Assembly (NCBI GenBank): GCA_964616835.1
Contig: CAZTSG010000004.1
Location: forward strand, 1-53,484
Direction of reading: 5' to 3'
DNA from: an uncultured Nitrososphaerota archaeon
GTDB lineage: Archaea; Thermoproteota; EX4484-205; JAAOZP01
Length of the DNA stretch: 53,484 nt
A model generated the notes under the pieces. That model searched no databases and was not told the DNA's origin. It worked only from the letters and a program-made list of their open reading frames with translations. Position 1 is the first letter of the stretch. Each line of letters begins with the position of its first letter. The position numbers and the translations under genes were made by a program. Shown here piece by piece: positions 18,607 through 28,651 of this stretch.

Positions 18607-19267
18607 AGGGCTTCCCTACTTCGAGTATTGCAAGCTCCGTCTTTAAGCCTTTCTTCTTAGCAATCCGCTGAATATCCTTCACACTCCCCCCATGGCAGGG
18701 GATTATCAGCTTAGATTCAGCATTGCTCGCAGACTCTAAGAATGATGCGATACTAGCCTTGGGGTTGAAACCTATTGGTAGGAAAGTGATATCAGGCTTC
18801 TCCTCCTTAGTTATCTTGCTCAAAGTCTTCGATATCAAGGATTGGCCCGTCTGGAAAAGCTTACAGCCGTTTTCAAGAGTTATCATGTATGTTACTGGTG
18901 TCGATGCCTCACGGTTTTCACTGGGGTATGATTTTATAATTAGGCCCTCACTAACTAGGAGCTTATTGGGTGTCGCTGGAAGAAGCATTTCTTTAGGTAG
19001 CTGGGACCGGAGTATTCTGTAGCTCGTCTCGTCCGCGATTATTTTCCCTATCTTCTTAAGGCAGTGTAGCTCCATTATCACGTTCTCATCGAAACTCTCC
19101 GGCTGCTCATCTGTTATCAGAACATAATCCAGCGGTTCAACGCTGTTAACATCTATCTCTGAAGGGTTTGTGAGAAGCCTCTGGGTTTGCGTAACGATGT
19201 AAACGCAGGAATACTTGTTTAACCTGGTCAACACGACTTCAGATTTGCTTGGTTTTATAATGCTCAA
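18587..19267 (-). CDS. metallo-beta-lactamase-fold protein with degenerate metal ligands
   Basis: DYVLITDEQPESFD aligns by eye with the ITHxHxDH motif. It also has PDITFLPIG and IIPCH. Confidence 0.6.
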   Translation of the reverse strand: MSIIKPSKSEVVLTRLNKYSCVYIVTQTQRLLTNPSEIDVNSVEPLDYVLITDEQPESFDENVIMELHCLKKIGKIIADETSYRILRSQLPKEMLLPATPNKLLVSEGLIIKSYPSENREASTPVTYMITLENGCKLFQTGQSLISKTLSKITKEEKPDITFLPIGFNPKASIASFLESASNAESKLIIPCHGGSVKDIQRIAKKKGLKTELAILEVGKPFVYKLS

Positions 19268-19341
19268 ACCCTTGCTGGTCTATCGAGTTCTTTTTAAAAG
19301 GGCTAATAAGCGTTTCTAATTTTTATGGCTGTGAAAGCCTT

Positions 19342-20682
19342 TTAAACTCTGCCAATCTCCCTGTGCAGCCTCTCGTGAAACACCCTTACTCTACTCCTCC
19401 ACTCCCTAAACCCTTCAACGGAGGGGTAGTTGACGTAAAGCTGCCTGAAATCCTCCATGAGCTGAGCAGTCTTGTTAAGCCTCGCTAAGAACCATGGCTT
19501 ACCGATGCCGGCGAAGAACCTCGAGGCTTTCTCAGTAATGTTAAGCCTCAGCTTCTCTCCCATGCTTGTCTTCAAAAGGTCTTCGCTCTTAATAAGACCC
19601 TGTGCCAGACCGTAGTTTATCAGCTCGTTGTTCAGACTCTGCAGGAATATTCTGAAGACGTCTAAGGCCGCCTGCTTAGCACCGTATTTATTCATGTATT
19701 GAGCGTTGAAGCCCCATAGCGCAGCCTCGTCTTCACGACCATTCTCCAAGGCCTCGGCGATAACCTTGGCTGCAAGGAAGCCCCCAGTCATGGAGGAGCC
19801 TATGCCGCCACCGTGCACAGGGTTAATCATGAAGGCAGCATCACCCACGGCAATGAAGCCGTTCCACACCGCTGAGTCTATTGGCCTCCTCGCAGGAACT
19901 ATTCCGCCCCCTCTGTGTATGACCCTTCTGATTTTCCCTTTCAAGCATGGCAGTTTCTCAACCCATTTCTCGAAAAGAAGCTTGGGGTTAGCGGCGTTTC
20001 TAACAACGCCCAGACCAGCGTTTACTCTGTTCTCACCCTCTGGGAAAATCCAGAAATAACCACCCGGAGCATCCTCCATGTCTAAGTATATCGTTGGCAA
20101 CGGGGGCGTTGTTTCTGTTTCCAGTATCTCTCTGTAGCAAACAAGCGTCTCGTCGTCGTTAAGCTCTTGGTCGAAGCCGAGGGCCGCAAGGTTTTTAGAG
20201 AGAACCCTAGAGCTCCCTGTAGCGTCCACAGTCACCCTAGCATAAACCTCATCCTTGGAACCGTCCTTGAGGTTGAGGAGCCTAACCCCTTTCACAAACC
20301 CGTCTTGCATGATCAGACCGGTAGCATGCATCTCCGACTTAAACTCGCACCCCGAGTCCAGTGCAAGCTTGAGGAGGAATTGGCCAAATTCAACTCTGTT
20401 CAAGGCGTATGCACTTAACCCCTCTGCCACTATGCTGAGACGACTCTTCATGTCTGGAGAGTATATCTCTATCCCAGGGTATGTGGCGAAATAAGATTCC
20501 TTAGGCAGGCTTAGACCAAGCCTCTCCACATGGTGGGATCCCAAGGCGTCTCCGCAAACCTTGTCGCCAACTCTATTCGCCGGTAACCTATCCACCAACA
20601 GTACTTTAAGCCCTTTTTTCGCAGCCTCCCTAGCCAGTGTTGCACCAGCCACGCCGGAGCCTGCTACACACACGTCGTACAA
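19342..20682 (-). CDS. digeranylgeranylglycerophospholipid reductase (GGR family)
   Basis: Motifs GSGVAG, KVCGD, APGGYFWIFP, VGDAA, PVHGGGI. Confidence 0.88.
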   Translation of the reverse strand: MYDVCVAGSGVAGATLAREAAKKGLKVLLVDRLPANRVGDKVCGDALGSHHVERLGLSLPKESYFATYPGIEIYSPDMKSRLSIVAEGLSAYALNRVEFGQFLLKLALDSGCEFKSEMHATGLIMQDGFVKGVRLLNLKDGSKDEVYARVTVDATGSSRVLSKNLAALGFDQELNDDETLVCYREILETETTPPLPTIYLDMEDAPGGYFWIFPEGENRVNAGLGVVRNAANPKLLFEKWVEKLPCLKGKIRRVIHRGGGIVPARRPIDSAVWNGFIAVGDAAFMINPVHGGGIGSSMTGGFLAAKVIAEALENGREDEAALWGFNAQYMNKYGAKQAALDVFRIFLQSLNNELINYGLAQGLIKSEDLLKTSMGEKLRLNITEKASRFFAGIGKPWFLARLNKTAQLMEDFRQLYVNYPSVEGFREWRSRVRVFHERLHREIGRV

Positions 20683-20766
20683 CCCGAGCTTCAGACTACC
20701 TGGCAGAATAAAAAAGTTTCCTAACAGTTTTAAGGCAGCTCAATTAATAAAGGGCAGGAAAAGAGT

Positions 20767-21945
20767 TTGAGGAAACTGGATTTTGAAACAGTTACGGTTA
20801 GAGAGGGGAAAGCAGAGATAATCGTACCGAAGCCGGATTACTACAGGGTTTCCCCGAATGAATATGTGCCGTCGAAAGCACCAGTATTCTACAATCCCTT
20901 GATGAAGGAGAACAGAGATTTGACTATTGCTGTCGCAAGCATAATGAGGAAGGAAATCGGTCGCAAGCTTGTTTTCGGCGACTCTATGGCGGGAGTGGGC
21001 GTCAGGTCGATAAGAGTACTTTTAGAAGCGGGTTGGGATGAGGCCTATTTGAACGATAATAGTGAAAGAGCTTTTGCAAGCATGGTTTTAAATCTAGAGA
21101 AAAACAGTCTGGTTGGAAAGGCGCATCCATCTAAAATCGATGCGAATCTTTTTCACGCGGAGCACTCTTCCACTGGCACTAGGTTCGACATGCTTGACAT
21201 AGATCCCTTCGGAACACCCATTAGATTCCTAGATACTGGTGTCCGAGCAGTTAAACACGGTGCTCTCATAAGTATTACTGCCACAGACACGGCTAACCTC
21301 TTCGGAGTCCAGAGGAGGGCCGCTAAGATACTTTACGGAGTTAATGTTTTAAAAACAGGGTTCATGAGGGAAGTAGGGATCAGGGTTCTGCTCAAGGCTC
21401 TTGGAGAGGCCGCTGCTAGAAGCGAAAGGGGAATAGAGCCCATAATATCCGTTGCCAGCAGGCATTATGTGAAGATAATCGCAAGAGTTTTAAAAGGCAG
21501 GAAGCACGCTTTCCAAACAGCCTCGAAGATCAACTTTCTCAAATTAAGAAAGGCGAATGGCATCTATGAACCGATGGGCCCAATAGATCCTTCGGAGGCG
21601 CGAGTGGATGATTCCTGTATTCTAATAGGCCCCCTGTATGTCGGCAAGGTTTTTTCCAAGAATTGGGTTGAGAAAATAGCTGTGGAAAGGGTTGAGAAAA
21701 ACTGGCTGGATGAAAAGATTTCTAAGATCACTAACAGTCTCCTCTCAGACGATCAGGAGACAATAGGAGGTTTTGACTTGGTAGGCTTGGCATCTAGCCT
21801 CCGTATAGCTCCTCCGAGCATCAGGATCATCATCGACAAACTTTTAGAAAAAGGGTTCCAAGCCTGCAGAAGCGGTTTTGATGCAAATTGCATTAAGACG
21901 GATGCGAAACTAGATGATTTGATAAAAGTTGTTAAGAGCCTTTGA
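20767..21945 (+). CDS. trm1: tRNA (guanine26-N2)-dimethyltransferase
   Basis: Motifs VFYNPLMKENRD, GVRSIR, DIDPFGTP, TATD. Confidence 0.92.
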   Translation: MRKLDFETVTVREGKAEIIVPKPDYYRVSPNEYVPSKAPVFYNPLMKENRDLTIAVASIMRKEIGRKLVFGDSMAGVGVRSIRVLLEAGWDEAYLNDNSERAFASMVLNLEKNSLVGKAHPSKIDANLFHAEHSSTGTRFDMLDIDPFGTPIRFLDTGVRAVKHGALISITATDTANLFGVQRRAAKILYGVNVLKTGFMREVGIRVLLKALGEAAARSERGIEPIISVASRHYVKIIARVLKGRKHAFQTASKINFLKLRKANGIYEPMGPIDPSEARVDDSCILIGPLYVGKVFSKNWVEKIAVERVEKNWLDEKISKITNSLLSDDQETIGGFDLVGLASSLRIAPPSIRIIIDKLLEKGFQACRSGFDANCIKTDAKLDDLIKVVKSL

Positions 21946-22549
21946 AAAACCTTGCAACAAGATAATATTCAGAACTTCCCTTTCGAGAAGCCTTTGGCTT
22001 AAATCTCTTCACAAACTTAAACATTTTGAACACCTTTCTGTCGACTCTGCGAGCATACTGTCCTTCGAAAACCTTTATGACTAAACAACCGCCTTTTCTC
22101 AAAAGATCCTTCAAAAGGGCAATAACCCTCTCCACCATTTCTATCTGTCTCGCGTGATCGATTTCATAAACGCCTGACATATTTGGAGAAAGGTCTGAGA
22201 GGATAACGTCAAATTTACCCCCGGATATTCTCATCACCCTATTTGTGAAATCCTCGTCGAAAACATTGAGAACAAGTGTCTTAACATTCTCCAACTCCAA
22301 ATCTTTAACAGGCTTCAAGTCCACGCCTAGAACCATACCCGAGTCCCCGACGTGTTGAGAAGCCACTTGAAGCCACCCCCCAGGGGCGCAACCTATGTCC
22401 AGTACATTATCGCCTGGTCTTATAATCCTATACTTGTCGATTATTTGCTTAAGCTTGAAGGATGCTCTACTGCGATAGCCCTCTTTCTTAGAGAGGAGAA
22501 AATACGGGTCATTCCTCCTCTCGTGCAACCAACGCCTCTTTGACTTCAA
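21932..22549 (-). CDS. rlmE: 23S rRNA Um2552 2'-O-methyltransferase (FtsJ/RrmJ)
   Basis: Motifs GYRSRASFKL, DIGCAPGGW, SDLSPN, KPKASRKGSSEYY. Confidence 0.92.
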   Translation of the reverse strand: MKSKRRWLHERRNDPYFLLSKKEGYRSRASFKLKQIIDKYRIIRPGDNVLDIGCAPGGWLQVASQHVGDSGMVLGVDLKPVKDLELENVKTLVLNVFDEDFTNRVMRISGGKFDVILSDLSPNMSGVYEIDHARQIEMVERVIALLKDLLRKGGCLVIKVFEGQYARRVDRKVFKMFKFVKRFKPKASRKGSSEYYLVARFFKGS

Positions 22550-22937
22550 CCTCAGTGCCTCCGGGCTCTATCGTGAGCACCCATTTATCCAGCAGTTCGC
22601 AACGCTCCGGGCTTACGACGGAGCCCGAGGCGCAGCCCCTGTTAAAGTACTGGCAGGAGAAGCAAGGCGAGCCTTTCAGAGAATCTATCTTGGGTATTTT
22701 CCGGGTCGAGTAAAGCTTGTAAGTCCACCTCTCCTTGTGTAAAACTTTCTCCCTTTTTATAAGGCCCCATGATTCTAATTTCAAACATATTCTGGAGCCT
22801 TCTCTACTCGATATATTGAGCATCTTGTACAGGTCTGTCTGAACAATACCGTCCTTAGACCGCATTATTATGTTAAGGACCTTACCCTCCAACCTATATC
22901 TTCTCGAGGCTTTTCTGACCACCGGAGTTTTCACCAC
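22509..22937 (-). CDS. TFE beta / RPC34-like transcription factor (wHTH plus Fe-S Cys motif)
   Basis: wHTH (GIVQTDLYK...SSREGSR) and C-terminal PCFSC...C...SPERC...W. Confidence 0.75.
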   Translation of the reverse strand: MVKTPVVRKASRRYRLEGKVLNIIMRSKDGIVQTDLYKMLNISSREGSRICLKLESWGLIKREKVLHKERWTYKLYSTRKIPKIDSLKGSPCFSCQYFNRGCASGSVVSPERCELLDKWVLTIEPGGTEVEVKEALVAREEE

Positions 22938-22987
22938 TTAGTAAAAGCGTTCAAAAGCTATAAAGGTTTCTAAGGCTTTATTACATT

Positions 22988-23221
22988 TCACCTTTTACTC
23001 GGCTTAAAAAACAAGACATCTCCTCTCTTAAGACCCTTAACCCCCTTTCTTAAAACGATTACTGCGTAAGGCTCCTTGACGGGGCCTATCACGTCAGCAA
23101 CGTTTCCCACAGGCTTCCTCGAACCGTCTAAGACGGTAGAGCCGAGGCTAACCAAGCCTTCCAGCTTTACTACAGCGATTCTCCCGTTAACAATATTTTC
23201 AACAATCCCTTTACGCTTCAA
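22988..23221 (-). CDS. gar1: H/ACA RNP protein Gar1
   Basis: Motif VGNVADVIGPVKEPY; next to srp19. Confidence 0.85.
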   Translation of the reverse strand: MKRKGIVENIVNGRIAVVKLEGLVSLGSTVLDGSRKPVGNVADVIGPVKEPYAVIVLRKGVKGLKRGDVLFFKPSKR

Positions 23222-23514
23222 CTTCCTGCACCCTTAAGGATTTTACTGATTTCTTGGATGAGACTTCTCTTACTCAAACCGTTACAGAATACGATTACCC
23301 TACCTGATTTAATGTTGCTCATCCTAGGATAGGCTTTCTCCGCTTCTATCATCGTCCTGAAACCAAGCTTGTCGCAAGCCTCTTTAATCCTGATTAAACT
23401 TGGAGAGCTTACTGAAAGGCTTTTCGGGACACGTCTTCCATCTTTACGCGAGAGTTTCAAATCAAAATATTGAGGGTAAATCGCTACGTAGCGATCTTTT
23501 GAAATCTTTTTCAT
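23218..23514 (-). CDS. srp19: signal recognition particle 19 kDa protein
   Basis: Motifs IYPQYFD, SRKDGRRVPK, KAYPR. Confidence 0.92.
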   Translation of the reverse strand: MKKISKDRYVAIYPQYFDLKLSRKDGRRVPKSLSVSSPSLIRIKEACDKLGFRTMIEAEKAYPRMSNIKSGRVIVFCNGLSKRSLIQEISKILKGAGS

Positions 23515-23900
23515 CCCGCGGAGACCAGCCTAGCGTTGACGACCCCATCCGCTCCCGGTTTCGAAGTTACCACCGCGTTACCCACCTCTGTCTTTATCAC
23601 AGCACCCTTGGTTATTACTTTCATCCTACTGAATTCTCTATTAGCAGGGTTTTCAACAACATCCAGAATCCTAGCTCTGACAACTCTGTCTTTTTCAATC
23701 GCAACATTAGCATAAGTAGCCTGGAGGACCCTGATTTTTACACCTCCGCCCTTGACCCTGATCTTCTTAGTCTCATCTTCCTCGCCTATCTTCGTGAGAG
23801 TTGGAGGTCGGCCCATCTCATACTTACGCTTACTCCTGTAGGGATTCTTCTTACCGCCAGTGCTCTTCCTCTTGAACAGATCTCCATGATATACGGACAA
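23511..23900 (-). CDS. rps8e: 30S ribosomal protein S8e
   Basis: Motifs KRKSTGGK, RKYEMGR, ITKGAVI, TSKPGADGVVNA. Confidence 0.95.
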   Translation of the reverse strand: MSVYHGDLFKRKSTGGKKNPYRSKRKYEMGRPPTLTKIGEEDETKKIRVKGGGVKIRVLQATYANVAIEKDRVVRARILDVVENPANREFSRMKVITKGAVIKTEVGNAVVTSKPGADGVVNARLVSAG

Positions 23901-24078
23901 TTCCGCCTTAGTGTTTTGAAATAACCCTTAAAAACTTATTCCTACACGGTCTTATGGGTCTTATGGAGCCAGGGAAGGGCCCTGGGGCATCTGTACGCAG
24001 AAGCACTGCGTGTTTGAAGAGCATGCTGGAAAGGTCAGGGCCTCAGGGATTGGGGAAGTTAGCGGAGATGGTTTAGGG

Positions 24079-27000
24079 TTGCACCTCACCAGGATTGAAA
24101 TCAGGAATTTCAAATCTATAGGGGACCGGCAGGTAATAAACCTAAGCAAGGGGCTGACAGTGCTGACAGGTAGAAACGGCTCCGGCAAGTGTGTTGCGCC
24201 ATGGATGCCCGTGGCCCAGCCCTGGGGGGAGGAACCAATAGAATCCCTTTTCCATGATGCTTGCTATAACGGCATCAGGATTAATGAAAATGCTTCCGAG
24301 TACGTGATTCCCTCCCGGAGAGTGATGCTACTAAGCTACCATGGACACCTAAAAAAGTGTTTAGAAACCAGTGTGAGTACTGTTTTCAGAAAGCCTTACG
24401 ACGGTTGGCTGTTGAAACTGGTAACGTTATCAGGGAGAATCATCGAAGTTACTCCAGAGCACAGAATAGCAGTAGCTTCTAGCACTGGTTTCAAATGGGT
24501 TGAAGCATCTCTTCTAACACTTGGTAGTAAAATAATGGTTTTTGAAAACGGGAAGATTGGGATCGATGTCCTGGATAAGGTTGTGAGGAGACGATGGACA
24601 GGCGTGGTTTACGACCTCTATGTAAGAAACGCTGGATCATACATTATTGGGGGCGGAGTAATAGTTCATAATAGTAATCTGGTTGACGCGATACGTTTCG
24701 CATTAGGAGAGAACAATCCGAGGCTACTAAGGACAGATAGGCTTTCCTCCTTAGTCAACGATAATGCTGGAAAAGATGCGGAAGCATATGTAAAAGTAAC
24801 AATAGACAACAGTGACTCAGTTATTCCCGGCCAGGATAAGATTGTTACGATAGCGAGGAGAATGGGACGTGACGGAGAGAGCACATACTATATTAATGGT
24901 AGGAGGGCCCCTAGGAATATTATTGAAGACATAATTTCTACAGCGGGTCTTTCAGCAAGAGGGTACAATATAATTCTTCAAGGAGAAATATCAAGGCTCG
25001 CGGACAAGAATCCAGTGGAGAGGAGAAGAGAGATCGAACAGGCGCTTGGCCTAGCTCAGTACGATGAGAAAAAGATGGAGGCTCTTAACAATCTGCAGCA
25101 GGCAGATAATAACCTTAGGGTTGTACAGGCTAGGCTCCAAGAAATAGATAGGAGGATGCTTCAGTTAGAGAAGGAGAGGAACCTCCTTTTGAGAAGACGA
25201 ATGCTTGAGAAAGAGATTGAAAAAGTACAGCTTATAATAGATTCTCTCGAGTACTGGGGGCTCATAAACAAGCTTAACGATGTTTCTAAAAGAATTGAAG
25301 AGAACAATGCTTTAAAAAACAAGCTTGAAGCTGAACTCGCTACAATACAATCTGAAAGGAATAAGCTTATGGAAAGAACTGAAGAGTTACTAAAGGCGGC
25401 TCCGGCAATCGGTGACTCTGAGAAGATTAGACTCGAGTACGAGCTTAAAGATTGCGAAAGACGGCTCAATGAGTGTTTGAAAAAGACAGAAGAAGAAAAT
25501 CTGGAATTAAATACTATTAAGAAGGAACTAGGAAAAGTTAAGAAGAAAAGAAGCATGATGCAGAGAAAGATTAGACGATTATTAAAAGTTTCAAACAGGA
25601 TGTCAATAAAAAAGTCTCTCCTCGAAAACCTACTTTCTAGGCTCTTAGAAGAAAAGAAGAGAATGCAGGAAATCGAGAGGCGGAGGATGGAAGAAGCGTA
25701 TCAGACCAAGAGTCAGTTAACTATGGTTGAGAAAGAGTTGGAAAATAAGCTTTTAGAGGAGAAGAATGCTGAAAGAATGCTGAAAGATATTCTCATCCAT
25801 TATAATAGTGTTAGGAGGAGGATGAATAGCTTGAACAGGGTGAAAAACAGAGAGAGCGCTAGGAGAAGCAGATTAATAGAAAAACTGGATAACGTTGAAA
25901 AATATTTGACGGAGAGAAGAAAGACTCTTGATAATACTATTGAAACGCTTAGAGTTCTTATCGAAAGTATGGATGTGTTTAGAATATTCTTCGCTAAGGC
26001 CTCTGGTGCTTTAAGCTACAGAAACAGGAAAGATAAGAAGAGGATTCTAGAGCTTATGAGAAAAGCCTTAGAAGAGAAGGGTTTAAGAGTTTATGGAATT
26101 TTAAGGGAGAATCTCTGGTTCCCAGAGGATGTTAAAAAGGCTGTTGAAAGCCTAGCTGGAGAATGGATGGACGCCATTCTGGTTGAGAATTCGCTAGACA
26201 TGCTTGTATTAACGAGACTGTTCAGCGGAGAAACTTCTGGCGTGAGAGTGTTAACGCCTGAAGGAGAAGTCTCTAAAAAGGAAGTGCCTCCCAAGCTTAA
26301 CGGACGTGGTAAGCACCTAATGGATTTGCTTAATTATCCTAAGATTATTGAGAAGCATGTTTTAAAAATATTCTGGAATAGCGTCTTGGCAAACAGTGTT
26401 GAAGACGCTTTAGCTTTTATGAAGAATGGTTTTAAAGCAGTAACTCGAGACGGGCAGGTTTTCACAAACGAAGGCGCGTTAATACCGGAGGATATTGATA
26501 AGGAATTTGAGAACATTCTGAAATTTATGAAAGCCTTTACTGTGAAGGCTGGAGAATTATCTAAGATGATTGAAACAGTAGAGACACGTATAAAACATTC
26601 TTTAAGCAGGAAGATAGTGGAGACAACAGAGTTTCGAAATAAGCTTGAAGGCGAGCTGAATGTCATCGATTCATATATGAGTAGGCTGGAGGAACAATTG
26701 AATATTCTGGCTAGCGAATACTTATCGGCCTCTAGAAGGCTCAGCCAGGTTTTTAGAGAACGAAATACTGGAAAAAAGCGTTTGCTTGAAAAAGAGTTGC
26801 AAAGACTAAGGTTTTCGATAATTTTGAAAGAAAAAGAGTTGGGGAACATCCGTAAGAAGATAAAACTGCTTGAAAAAAAGATGGAGAAACTGAGTGAGGA
26901 AAAAACGCGAGTTAGGAGAAACCTAATAGAGATTGAGAACATTATCAATACATTGCATAGGAGAGTTGAGGAATGTAGGAACGTTGAGGGAGCATTAGCC

Positions 27001-27987
27001 AGTAGGATTTTTGCGATTAGGAATGAAATAAGAAGCACCATGGTTTTAGCAAATGATCTTAGGAATAAAATCGAATCCTTAAGGGAGAAGATGGGTGAGG
27101 AAGCTGGAACAGAGTACGGAGAGAGTAGGGATAGGAGGAGTGAGCTTGTTGAAGCAATAAGGAAACTGGATGAGGAAGTTGAGAGACTGAATTCAGAGAT
27201 TAATAGGGTTAAAGACGTTGAGAGGAGGCTTCTAGTAGAGAAAGAAGTTAATGAAAGGAGAGTGGAAGAATTGAGAAACAGAATTCTAGGTCAACCACTA
27301 CAAGTGCCGGAGGAAACCAGAGGCTCTGCGGAGAGGTACCTAAGCATTCTTAAGAGCGAGCTTGAAAAAGTCCAAGAGGTAAACATGCTCGCCATCAAGC
27401 AGTATGAACAGGAGATTGATTTCTATAAGAATGCTTTAGAAAGGATTAACGAGCTTGAGGAAGAGAGGAGAAGCATTCAAGAGTTTATGGAGGAGATCGA
27501 AAGAAAGAAAAGAGAGGCTTTTCTAGAGGGTTTGAGCAAAATAAACAATTATTTCTCAACGTTTTTCAACAAGATGGCTGGTGGAGAAGGATGGCTTCAA
27601 CCCGAGGATCCTGATAACCCTTTTGAAACAGGCTTGAACGTCTATGTCAAGTTCCCGGGAAAGGAGGCTAGGGTAATAAGTGGAGTAAGCGGGGGGGAGA
27701 AGTCGGTTGCAGCACTCTGCTTAATCTTTGCAATGCAGAAACTTTTCCCAGCAGCATTCTACATTTTCGACGAGCCCGATGCGCATTTGGATTACGTTAA
27801 TATTGATAAGATGACCGACCTCCTTAAAGAAGTATCCAGGGAGAGTCAGATCATAGTAATATCGCTCAGAGACGTTGTCGTCAGCAAGGCTGATAAGGTT
27901 ATAGGAGTATACGTTAAGAAAGGGTCGTCAAGATTCATGGAGATGCCGGGCGAGAAGGCTTTGGAGGAGATAGCTGTTGCTGGATGA
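24079..27987 (+). CDS. smc: chromosome segregation protein Smc (condensin-type) containing a mini-intein
   Basis: Likely TTG start at 24079 (LHLTRIEIRNFKS). Walker A GRNGSGK/SN split by the intein; LQG Q-loop, hinge-like region, SGGEKS, FYIFDEPDAHLD. Followed by scpA and scpB. Confidence 0.92.
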   Translation: MHLTRIEIRNFKSIGDRQVINLSKGLTVLTGRNGSGKCVAPWMPVAQPWGEEPIESLFHDACYNGIRINENASEYVIPSRRVMLLSYHGHLKKCLETSVSTVFRKPYDGWLLKLVTLSGRIIEVTPEHRIAVASSTGFKWVEASLLTLGSKIMVFENGKIGIDVLDKVVRRRWTGVVYDLYVRNAGSYIIGGGVIVHNSNLVDAIRFALGENNPRLLRTDRLSSLVNDNAGKDAEAYVKVTIDNSDSVIPGQDKIVTIARRMGRDGESTYYINGRRAPRNIIEDIISTAGLSARGYNIILQGEISRLADKNPVERRREIEQALGLAQYDEKKMEALNNLQQADNNLRVVQARLQEIDRRMLQLEKERNLLLRRRMLEKEIEKVQLIIDSLEYWGLINKLNDVSKRIEENNALKNKLEAELATIQSERNKLMERTEELLKAAPAIGDSEKIRLEYELKDCERRLNECLKKTEEENLELNTIKKELGKVKKKRSMMQRKIRRLLKVSNRMSIKKSLLENLLSRLLEEKKRMQEIERRRMEEAYQTKSQLTMVEKELENKLLEEKNAERMLKDILIHYNSVRRRMNSLNRVKNRESARRSRLIEKLDNVEKYLTERRKTLDNTIETLRVLIESMDVFRIFFAKASGALSYRNRKDKKRILELMRKALEEKGLRVYGILRENLWFPEDVKKAVESLAGEWMDAILVENSLDMLVLTRLFSGETSGVRVLTPEGEVSKKEVPPKLNGRGKHLMDLLNYPKIIEKHVLKIFWNSVLANSVEDALAFMKNGFKAVTRDGQVFTNEGALIPEDIDKEFENILKFMKAFTVKAGELSKMIETVETRIKHSLSRKIVETTEFRNKLEGELNVIDSYMSRLEEQLNILASEYLSASRRLSQVFRERNTGKKRLLEKELQRLRFSIILKEKELGNIRKKIKLLEKKMEKLSEEKTRVRRNLIEIENIINTLHRRVEECRNVEGALASRIFAIRNEIRSTMVLANDLRNKIESLREKMGEEAGTEYGESRDRRSELVEAIRKLDEEVERLNSEINRVKDVERRLLVEKEVNERRVEELRNRILGQPLQVPEETRGSAERYLSILKSELEKVQEVNMLAIKQYEQEIDFYKNALERINELEEERRSIQEFMEEIERKKREAFLEGLSKINNYFSTFFNKMAGGEGWLQPEDPDNPFETGLNVYVKFPGKEARVISGVSGGEKSVAALCLIFAMQKLFPAAFYIFDEPDAHLDYVNIDKMTDLLKEVSRESQIIVISLRDVVVSKADKVIGVYVKKGSSRFMEMPGEKALEEIAVAG
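24190..24672 (+). mobile_element. 161-aa mini-intein in the Smc Walker A motif
   Basis: K|CVAP start, block B VTPEHRI, block F VYDL, end VHN|S. No LAGLIDADG motifs. Confidence 0.92.
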
Positions 27988-28651
27988 GGCTCAGGAAGCC
28001 TCTGAAGCAATATTTGACTTAATAAGGCTAAGGAGGATTAATCCCTGGGATATTAAAATATCTAGTGTCTTGAAGCAACTATCCAAGGAGCTTCGCGAAA
28101 AAGGCTATATGCAATTCACTCTTTCAGGACTCTTGTTATTAGCGTCTTCCATAGTATACTTGAGGAAGACGGAAACCCTTCTAAATATCGAGCCCAAGGA
28201 AGATGAAGATACTGATGGAATCGAGGAGATTACAGACATTCCTTTAGAAGCACTTGATAAGATAAGCCCTTCGAACATCCCCCTTAGACCTTCGCAACCC
28301 GTTATAGATCTTGAGCAACTGGTTAAAGCACTTCTTCGCATACTGGAGAAAGAGTATTCGAAGAAGCCTGTTGAAGAAGAACTTTTGCCACCGATGGTTC
28401 TTCAACAGGATGAATTTATGAGGAATATTGAGAAAATGGTTGAAGAGTTTAAGAAAAGCCTTTTCGAGCAGGTAGTCAGCCGAGGCAGGGTTCCTTTGAG
28501 AATCCTGCTTGAAGGAAAGCAGCCCCTTGAAGTAGCCAGAACATTCATACTAATACTCTTCGTACTGTCTGAGCCTGGTTTTGACATTGTTTTCGAGGGT
28601 GATGAATGCTACATAGTGGCGGAGGATGGTTTTGAAGGAATCGGAGTATAA
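27977..28651 (+). CDS. scpA: kleisin ScpA
   Basis: INPWDIKI, SGLLLLASS and C-terminal ARTFILILF; directly follows smc. Confidence 0.85.
   Translation: MLDEAQEASEAIFDLIRLRRINPWDIKISSVLKQLSKELREKGYMQFTLSGLLLLASSIVYLRKTETLLNIEPKEDEDTDGIEEITDIPLEALDKISPSNIPLRPSQPVIDLEQLVKALLRILEKEYSKKPVEEELLPPMVLQQDEFMRNIEKMVEEFKKSLFEQVVSRGRVPLRILLEGKQPLEVARTFILILFVLSEPGFDIVFEGDECYIVAEDGFEGIGV

Noticed and set aside
24010-24078. N-terminal extension of Smc from GTG 24010
   Set aside because: SMC similarity begins at LHLTRIEI (TTG 24079). The extension is not SMC-like.
26334-27041. Long antisense ORFs (this one, 1268-1747, 3333-3818, 23400-23924, 30799-31362 and similar)
   Set aside because: They are Ser/Leu/Phe-rich mirror frames of well-supported genes on the opposite strand.
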